A stretch of DNA of 64,000 nucleotides, taken from positions 8,370,001 to 8,434,000 of the forward strand of contig NC_043021.1 of NCBI RefSeq assembly GCF_006345805.1, in the 5' to 3' direction. The position numbers and the translations under genes are program-made. This document shows positions 55,395 to 64,000 of the stretch, in pieces (the stretch's first letter is position 1; each line of letters starts with the position of its first letter). The DNA comes from Octopus sinensis. Taxonomy: Eukaryota. The notes under the pieces were generated by a model, which was given only the letters and a program-made list of their open reading frames with translations, was not told where the DNA came from and ran no database searches.

Positions 55395-58300
55395 CTGATC
55401 AAAAGAGAGAACAAAATAAAATTATAATACAGTCACACTGTGTTTGTATTTGTTAGATTACATTTTTGATTTTGTTAATATCTATTTCTTTACTACCCAC
55501 AAGGGGCTAAACACAGAGGAGACAAACAAGAACAGACAAACAAGGACAGAGAAAAGGATTAAGTCGATTATATCGACCCCAGTGTGTAACTGGTACTTAA
55601 TTCATCGACCCCGAAAGGATGAAAGGCAAAGTCGACCTCGGCGGAATTTGAACTCAGAACATAACAGCAGACGAAATACGGCCACGCATTTCGCCCGACG
55701 TGCTAACGTTTCTGCCAACTCGCCGCCTTTTTAAAAAATAAACGAATACCTATTTCTTTACTACCCACAAGGGGCTAAACACAGAGAGGACAAAAAAGGA
55801 CAGACAAAAGGATTAAGTCGATTATATCGACCCCAGTGCGTAACTGGTACTTAATTCATCGACCCCAAAAGGATGAAAGGCAAAGTCGACCTCGGCGGAA
55901 TTTGAACTCAGAACGTAACGGCAGGCGAAATATGGCTACGCATTTCGCCCGACGTGCTAACGTTTCTGCCAGCTCACCGCATTTTGTTAATGTCACCTGA
56001 ATCACCAAGTTTACAAAGGTCAGACCTTATATTCAAGTCTTCTTTCTGTAGAATCAATGAAAGAAAATATTCTCAAGGAGAGGGTGACAGTCCATAACAG
56101 ACAGAGCTCACCTTTGGAATAACTGACAATTGCCACTGTGTCATCTTCGCATTACTATCACTGGCTACAACAGTGAATTACACTGAACTGTGGTGTCTAC
56201 TTACATCCCAGTAGACTGGACTGTTAACAATTTAGTGTCTTGGTCGTGGACACACTACAATAAACTGCACTACACCAAGCTACCTATCTACATCAAGACA
56301 GACTGGACTGTTGATAATAGGCGGCAAGCTGGCAGAAACGTTAGCACGCCGGGTGAAATGCATAGCCGCATTTCGTCAGCTGTTACGTTCTGAGTTCAAA
56401 TTCCGCCGAGGTCGACTTTGCCTTTCATCCTTTCGGGGTCGATTAAATAAGTACCAGTTATGCACTGGGGTCGATATAATCGACTTAATCCGTTTGTCTG
56501 TCCTTGTTTGTCCTCTCTGTGTTTAGCCCCTTGTAGGTAGTAAAGAAATAGATAATAAAGAAGTGTTATAGAATGGACTATACCACACATTCGATTGTCT
56601 CCCTTTTTTTACTCATAACCACAGCATTTCATAGTTTGGCAGATGTTCCAGATGTGACCATCCAACATATTTTTTTTTCAAGCATTATTATATTATAGAG
56701 GCACAGGTGTGGCTGTGTGGGAAGAGGCTTGCTTCTTAACCACATGGTTCCAGGTTCGGTTTCACCGTGTAGCAGTTACCTGTTTAATCAAGAATGACCC
56801 AGGGATAAACAAAAACAGGGAGATCAAGCCAACGAGGGAACTGCACAGTCACATGACTTGCTAGAAACAGCAGCAGCAGTTCAATGTCCCTTAATTCACA
56901 CCTCGCTGTCTTAGAAAATGGCACATAGGATATTGTGTTATACCCTGTGCACCCTGCACAGGATGGGATGGTCACAGCCAGAATGTCTTAGATCATAGAT
57001 CTGCTTTATCAAGGTTGTTTATCATCATCATTGTTGTTTAACACCCATCTTCCATGCTAGCATGGGTGGGATGCTTTCAGAAGAGCTGGTCAAGCAGAAG
57101 CCTGCACCAGACTCCTGTGACTGTTTTGGCAAGATTTTTACAGCTGGATGCCCTTCCTAACTCAGTAGAGTGAACTCAATGCTTTTTATATGGCACAAGC
57201 ATGGGTGAGGTCAGCTGGATGCCCTTCTGAACACCAGTCACTCAGTAGAGTGGACTCAATGGTTTTTATGTGGCTCAAGCACAGGTGAGTCAGTTTTGAC
57301 AAGGTTTTTACAGCCCCTCCTAATACTAACCACTCAGTAGAGGGGACTCCGTGCTTTTAATGTAGTTCAAGGACAGGCAAGGTCAGTTTAGGCAAGGTTT
57401 TTACAGCTGGATGCCCTTCCTAACACCAACCTCTCAGCAGAGTGGACTCAGTGCTTTCTATGTGGCACAAGCATGGGTGAGGTCAGTTTTGGCAAGGTTT
57501 TTACGGCTGGATGCCCTTCTGAACACCAACCACTTTACAGTGTGGACTGGGTGCTTTTAAGTGGCACCAGCACCAGGGATTAAACAACAATTACAGCAAC
57601 AACTTCACAATAACATAAAACCAAATATAGTTGAACTTACTTTTGGAATAAGCCAGCTAAGACGAAGGAAAGAGGAGTGGAGTGCCTTGTACAGAACAGC
57701 TAAAGAAGGATCACAACCACTGATCTCCTTTTTCCATTGATAGCGTTTAAAGCTGGCAAGATCTTCGACCACTGACAGCGAGTGTTGTTGTGGTTGTTGG
57801 TGGTGATGGTGATGGTGGTGATGATGTTTCTTCTTGGGTTTGTTGCCATCAGAATCTGAAGATTCCACAGGATGATAGATGTATGGAAATAAACCTTCCA
57901 GGATTTTGAATAAACATTTTGGAAACATGTCGACTGAAATAAGAAGAAAAGGAGACAGTTTAAATATAGGGCACACAGCTAAGCTGTAGGGTACACAGCT
58001 AAGCTGTAGGGTACCCGGCTTCAAAGCATGTACACAACTCCGATATGGAGTATAGTGTTTAAATGTAGGGCACACAGCTTAGAGGCAGGGTACATAAATA
58101 AGACAAGAATACACAACTTAAATATAGGGTACAGAATCATGTAGGGGACACAGCTAAGATAAATGAAGGGTATGCTAAGGCATTTGGGTCATAAGGTCAA
58201 ATATAAAAAACCCAAATGTGAGAAGGATGATTTTCGCAAGACTTAAAAATCAGAATACTGAAAAACTGAAGGCTAAGTACTCCGAACACTGAATTTTGAG

Positions 58301-61300
58301 ATAAATTAGGGGAAAATATGAATAATGACCTTAAAAAATATTTGCTGTTTCAGAGACCCCTTATGTATATGAATCACATGAATTATGAAAAGGGAGGAAA
58401 GATGCTTGCTTCCCAACAATATGGTCCCAGGTTCAGTCCTTAGGCAAGTTTCTTCTATTATAGCCTCGGGCCTACCAAAGCTTTGTAAGTGGATTTGGTA
58501 GACAGAAACTGAAAGAAGCTCATTGTATGTGTGTGTGTGTTTGTCTTTGTATCTATGTTTGTCCCACCACCACCACCACCATCTGACAACTGATATTGGT
58601 TTGTTTACATCCTCATAACTAACCAGTTTGGCAAAAAGATACCAATAGAATAAATACAAGGCTTAAAAAAAATAACTACTGGGGTTGATGCATTTGATTA
58701 AAAGTTCTTTGAAGCAGTGCCCCAGCATGGCCACAGTCTCATGACTGAAACAGATAAGAGATAAGAGCTAAATACAACACCGATCACCATATTCATAGTG
58801 GAATCTTCCAGAATGTACTCAGAATGAACAGAAACATAATTGTTTAGATGTTCTTGTGTTGCATGTATTTCATGAATTATAAACAGTATTCGCTGGCCTT
58901 TTTAGGCTTAGCCCTTTAGCATTCAGACTACTCTGTCAAATGTGAGACTCCCTTCAGTCATGAATGACCATGGGATTGCACTTAGAAAGTTGCCCTCCAA
59001 GGCACAAGTCCGGGACAAGATTGTTTATGGAAGGCCAGCAGTTGTCCATGTATACCAGCGCCCCCTCTCTACACTACTGATGTTATCCAAGGGAAAGGCA
59101 AAGGGGCCGATACAGCTTGGCACAAGTGATGTTGCAACTCATTTCTACAGCTGAGTGAACTGGACCAACGTGAAATAAAGTGTCTTGCTCAAGAACACAA
59201 CATGCAGCCCGGTCCGGGAATCGAACCTACAACCTCACGATTGTAAGCTCGATGCTCTAACCACTGAGCCATGCGCCTTCACACTGTTAAATGTCAAATG
59301 TAAGGTTTATTTATATACATTGTTAGGAATGAATCATACTGTTGTAGGGATAGACATTAACACCCGTGTGTGATTAAAAGATGGATTTGTTTAACTCTTA
59401 TAAAGTATAATGTTGTCATTGAGATGATGAAGAGCATTTGGAGTCTCACATAGCAGTAGTCAAAGTATGTCTTTGAATCCATTTACTTTACTTCTGCTTC
59501 GTTAAATCTTATATCCAAAAGCCAAGGATATAAAATGTACATTATCTTCTAGCATTTAGATTTCATTGACGTGGTTGTTTTATTTTTAGAATGACATTGT
59601 AGGGCAGGTGTGATAGGCTTGACCTGGTCAATTTGGGCATAAAACAAGGTAGATATCTGGGCCAGATATGGCCAGTTTGAATACTAAAGAGTTAAGCTGT
59701 TGCCAAGTTTAATACCACCACCTGGCCTCGTAGATGTCATTTGTGGGGGGTCTACTCTATCGCAAAGATTTGGGTTCAGTCCCTAATTTGAAGATACCAC
59801 CCACCTTCCCTCCCACCAATCTCAGGATCAAGGCTATTGTAATGCTTTTTGACTGAAAGATAATAAAAAGCAAAGGATTATGGGTATTCTAATACTTTTT
59901 GACTGAAACATAATAAAAAGCAAAGGATCATGGGTATTCTAATGCTTTTTGACTGAAAGATTATAAAAAGCAAAGGATCATGGGTATTCTAATGCTTTCT
60001 GACTGAAAGATAATAAAAAGCAAAGGATCATGGGTATTCTAATGCTTTCTGACTGAAAGATAATAAAAAGCAAAGGATCATGGGTATTCTAATGCTTTCT
60101 GACTGAAAGATAATAAAAAGCAAAGGATCATGGGTATTCTAATGCTTTCTGACTGAAAGATAATAAAGGCAAAGGATCATGGGTATTCTAATGCTTTCTG
60201 ACTAAAAGATAAAAAAAGCAAAAGATTATGGGTATTCTAATGCTTTCTGACTGAAAGATAATAAAAAGCAAAGGATTATGGGTATTCTAATGCTTTCTGA
60301 CTGAAAGATAATAAAAAGCAAAGGATTATGGGTATTCTAATGCTTTCTGACTGAAAGATAATAACAAAGCAAAGGATTATGGGTATTCTAATGCTTTCTG
60401 ACTGAAACAATAAAAAGCAAAGGATCATGGGTATTCTAATGCTTTCTGACTGAAAGATAATAAAAGCAAAGGATCATGGGTACTGTAATGCTTTCTGACT
60501 GAAAGATAAAAAAATAGAAACAAAAAAAAACAAATAATAAGAAAGGAAGACTTACTTTTGTAGAAAGAACCAATATCAAACTTTGATCCTTGCAAGAAAA
60601 TCAGATTGATCAGAGAGAGTATAGCTGCGAGATATTTGGCCTTCAAATCCACAGGGACAATTGGTTCATCACAGAGAAACATTAAGTATTTCATCAAAAC
60701 CTCCAAGATGGGCTGTGACATGTTTTCTGCAAAATTAAAACAAATGAAGACAGAGTTTAATAACGATATCAGGGATAAAATGATGTTACTGTCATTATGT
60801 GTCAGGTGTGGCTGTGTGGTAAGAAGCTTGCTTTCCAACCATATGGTTCTGGGTTCAGTCCCACTGCGTGGTATCTTGAAGAAGTGTTTTCTTCTATATT
60901 CTCAGTGTATTTGGTAGACAGAAACTGGAAGAAGTCCATTATGTATGTATGTGTGTGTGTGTGGTGTGTGTGTGTCTTTGTCCCTGTTTGTCCCCCACCA
61001 CACTGCTTGACAACCAGTGTTGGTGTGTTTACATCCCCTTAACTTGGCAGTTCAGGATGGTTACTATTGGAACATCTTTAATTATCAGTCCATTAGACCA
61101 AGACTTTCCTGAAGTAAACAAACAACAATAATCACAGGACCCTAAAATACAGATGGAGATCGATTAGGTATAAAAGAAGTTTGAAAAAACTTACCCAAGG
61201 CCAAGACACCATTTTGTGAACATGACATGAGCTGAAAATTGTGGATAAACACTTCTAAGGCAGGACAAGGTTGGAAGCTGGTAAAAAGGAAAGATGATAT

Positions 61301-62957
61301 AATAATGAAAAAATGTTTCAATGTTCAAATATTTGCTAAATTGGTAAAAAAGTGAAAAGTTGGAGAGAATAGGAGGCTTGTAATTCATAATTATAAGGGA
61401 ACAATAGGGCTACATAAAAATAAGGTACATTTTATTCTTGAAGTACCTAAGGAGACATCATCATCATCATCGTTTAACGTCTGCTTTCCATGCTAGCATG
61501 GGTTGGACGAATTTGACTGAGGACTGGCGAACCAGATGGCTGCACCAGGCTCCAATCTTGATCTAGCAGAGTTTCTACAGCTGGATGCCCTTCCTAACGC
61601 CAACCACTCTAAGTGGGTGGTTTTACATGCCACTGGCACGAGGGCCAGCCAGGAGGTACTGGCAATGACCACACTCAAATGGTGTTTTTTACATGCCACC
61701 TGCACAGGAGCCAGTCCAGCGGCACTCGCAATGACCTGGATTGAATGTTGACTTTCACGTGCCAGTAAGGCGACGCTGGTAACCTTTAGAAATTATAGCT
61801 AGCAATACAGTTCTATATTTAAGAGATGAGGAATTATCTACATTATTTACATTCGACGGATATTTGTCCTCATCTTGTTTGTTGTTAACACAATGTTTCA
61901 GCTGATATACCCTCCAGCCTTCATCAGGTGTCTTGGGGAAATTTCGAACTTGGGTTCTTATTCCTAAGGTATTTTTAAAATATATTATTATTATTATTAT
62001 TTAGGTCACTGCCTGGAATCAAACTCGGAATCTTGGGGTTAGAAGTCCGCACTTTTAACCACTATGCCATACGCCCACGGGCATATGGTGTAGTGGTTAA
62101 CTGTATTACAAGATAATGCATTACTAAATTAAAAACCAATGTGATGAATAAGTATTACATTTAACAGAGTAATCGGAATGCTAAAGAGTTAAATTACCAT
62201 GAACCAAACAATTGCATCCATAATTTTTTTGAAATACATATATAGGCGCAGGAGTGGTTGTGTGGTAAGTAGCTTGCTTACCAACCACATGGCTCTGGGT
62301 TCATTCTCACAGCGTGGCACCTTGGGCAAGTGTCTTCTACTATAGCCTCAGGCTGTGAGTGGATTTGGTAGACAGAAACTGAAAGAAGCCTGTCGTATAT
62401 ATGTATGTGTGTGTTTGTGTGTCTGTGTTTGTACCCCCAACATCGCTTGACAACCGATGCTGGTGTGTTTACGTCTTTGTAACTTAGCAGTTCGGCAAAA
62501 GAGACCGATAGAAAAAGTACTAAGCTTACAAAGAATAAGTCCTGTAAGGCTTATTCTTTGTAAGCCTTACAAAGAATAAGTGCTCCTGCATGGCCACAGT
62601 CAAATGATTGAAACAAGTAAAAGAGAGTAAAATGGAAAGAGAAAAGAGAGGTCTTGAAACTATGTTTAATTGAAGAGAAATATGAAAAAGGTGTGAGTGA
62701 GAGGTGGTTAGAGTCATCTCAAAGTAACCAAGAAATTAGGTTAGTTCTTTGACAATCTTCAGCCTGGCATTAGTGTAAGTGAGAAGAGGAAATCGCTGCT
62801 TCAAAATAAACAGTCAAGTCTATAAAGAATTACCCAATTTCCTTGACAGCCTCCAGCATGGCTGTCAACATGGCTGTTGTACTCCATCTTTCACAAAGTT
62901 CATCTTCAAGATAGAACAACAGGTTTAATAATTCTCCGACGTTCTTCAATAATTCCA
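55185..62957 (-). CDS. SAAL1: Protein SAAL1 homolog, last five coding exons (upstream exons lie beyond the window)
   Basis: Exons 62957-62834, 61277-61195, 60726-60556, 57933-57641, 55394-55185(TGA); all GT-AG and phase-consistent. VELLKNVGELLNLLFYLEDELCERW...MLEAVKEI aligns to recalled human SAAL1 [25 protein letters not shown]...ILEAAKQV. LEVFIHNFQLM aligns to LDVYMHILQLL, and KYLAAILSLI to TVLASVFSVL (all from memory, not searched). Confidence 0.82.
56322..56550 (+). mobile_element. tRNA-derived SINE family B (representative copy)
   Basis: GGCGGCAAGCTGGCAGAAACGTTAGCACGCCGGG...GAGTTCAAATTCCGCCGAGGTCGACTTTGCCTTTCATCC...AAAGAAATA. Other copies at about 3820-4030, 8460-8700, 16290-16700, 27530-27770, 29550-30050, 38750-38960, 41280-41640, 42330-42560, 54790-55015 and 55480-55980. 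Confidence 0.9.
57641..57933 (-). CDS. SAAL1: SAAL1 exon with poly-His insert (DMFPKCLFKIL...KKKH9QQPQQH...RLSWLIPK)
   Basis: tttcag|TC acceptor and AAA|gtaagt donor; 293 nt open, phase 1->0. Confidence 0.8.
58945..59283 (-). mobile_element. Third tRNA-derived SINE family (full-length copy)
   Basis: Minus strand GGCGCATGGCTCAGTGGTTAGAGC (A box) ...GGTTCGATTCCC (B box) ...CTTGAGCAAGACACTT. Related heads at about 37540-37700 and 40780-40870. Confidence 0.75.
59838..60510. repeat. 50-bp minisatellite, about 13 copies
   Basis: Unit AATGCTTTCTGACTGAAAGATAATAAAAAGCAAAGGATCATGGGTATTCT (starts at 59941 and 59991). Confidence 0.95.
60556..60726 (-). CDS. SAAL1: SAAL1 exon (NMSQPILEVLMKYLMFLCDEP...KYLAAILSLINLIF...FYK)
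   Basis: ttgcag|AA acceptor and A|gtaagt donor; 171 nt, phase 1->1. Confidence 0.85.
61195..61277 (-). CDS. SAAL1: SAAL1 exon (FQPCPALEVFIHNFQLMSCSQNGVLAL); not in frame in the ORF track
   Basis: ttaccag|C acceptor and G|gtaagt donor; 83 nt, phase 2->1, bridging its neighbours exactly. Confidence 0.85.
61804..62107 (-). mobile_element. tRNA-headed short element containing a Penelope-type minimal hammerhead; fragments also at about 21490-21570, 22230-22270 and 27328-27520
   Basis: tRNA-like head 62076-62003 (A box TGGCATAGTGG, B-box-like GAGTTTGATTCC), then an (AAT)n linker, then GACAC-CTGATGA-A-GGCTG..CAGCT-GAAACATT-GTGTT. Confidence 0.6.
62834..62957 (-). CDS. SAAL1: SAAL1 exon (ELLKNVGELLNLLFYLEDELCERW...EAVKEIG)
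   Basis: tttcag|TG acceptor and GG|gtaatt donor; 124 nt, phase 1->2. Confidence 0.85.
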
Positions 62958-63324
62958 CTGAAATTAGAAGAGACAACAGTAACGACATTACAACAATTGT
63001 AACAACAACAACAACTGTAATAAAACATAAACAACAGTAAAAAAATAAAAGAAACAGAGACACACAACACTGTTGATGGTACCTGTTTCTACCAACCCAG
63101 AGGTACATGGTTCAAACGTTATTGGGGTTGATGTTTGCAGAAGCAAATCAACAAAGATGCAGGAGTGGCTGTGTGGTAAGTAGCTTGCTTACCAACCACA
63201 TGGTTCTGGGTTCAATCCCACTGTGTGGCACCTTGGGCAAGTGTCTTATACTATAGCTTCGGGTCGACCAAAACCTTGTGAGTGGATTTGGTAGATGGAA
63301 ACTGAAAGAAGCCCTTTGTATATA

Positions 63325-63379
<55 letters not shown>

Positions 63380-64000
63380 ATATATGTTTATGTGTCTGTG
63401 TTTATCCCTCCAACATTGCTTGACAACCGATGCTAAACCAATGCATTTAGACAAACAAATCGACCCCAGGACTTATTCTTTGTAAACCTAGTACTTATTC
63501 TATCGGCCTCTTTTGCCAAACAGCAAAGTTATGGGGACACAACCACTCCAGCATCGGTTGTCAAGCGATGTTGGGGGGACAAACATATACACACACATGC
63601 ATATATATATACATATATACGAGCTTCTTTCAGTTTCCGTCTACCAAATCCATTCACAAGGCTTTGGTCGGCCCTACACTATAGTAGAAGACGCTTGCCC
63701 AAGGTGCCATGCAGTGGGACTGAACCCAGAACCATGTGGCTGGTAAGCAAGCTACTTACCACACAGCCACTCCTGCGCCTATTAAACCATACACCCTTTA
63801 ATTATAAAAATACAATAAGGATATTTTAAAACATGGAATGGTTTATAGGGTCCACTCGAGCAAAATAGGAAGCAAAGGGATCCATAGGGGACAAAATGGT
63901 TAAGAAACACAGCTGTATGCCAAAACATAAAAAGAATAGGAAACAAAAGAAAAAAAAAATAACATTTCAATCCCTTCACAAAAATCTCCCTCCTACACTT

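Noticed and set aside
60556-60726. Hydrophobic YLAAILSLINLIFLQG as the RTK signal peptide, with exon 57933-57641 (LRLSW) as an FN3 start
   Set aside because: The exons chain in phase with upstream exons that match SAAL1, and the segment aligns to a SAAL1 helix.
62003-62076. tRNA-Arg(TCT) gene
   Set aside because: The acceptor stem does not pair and the B box is decayed; it is a SINE-type head.

Overview
Repeat-saturated animal genomic DNA. The SINE, LINE and microsatellite landscape looks like Octopus or another coleoid cephalopod; this is inferred from recalled repeat families, not from a search. I assembled two minus-strand spliced genes by hand, using GT-AG sites and phase matching. (1) A receptor tyrosine kinase: 12 exons, 29329->9454, 2055 nt = 684 aa + stop. 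It has FN3-like ectodomain repeats, one TM helix and a RET/Torso/FGFR-type kinase; its 5' end was not found. (2) The last five coding exons of SAAL1, 62957->55185. Everything else is SINEs (at least 4 families), RTE, Tx1 and RLE-type LINE remnants, Tc1/mariner, hAT, piggyBac-like and Merlin-like DNA elements, foldback hairpins, minisatellites, microsatellites and a 100-N gap. Almost all other ORF-track entries are microsatellite or SINE artefacts. The most notable observations are: minimal hammerhead-ribozyme folds in two small repeat families (one behind a tRNA-derived head, one with a CUGUCGA core variant); a candidate cephalopod Torso-like receptor; near-perfect hairpins in its putative 3'UTR and introns; and a dual-frame SAAL1 terminal exon that is splice-compatible with the RTK.
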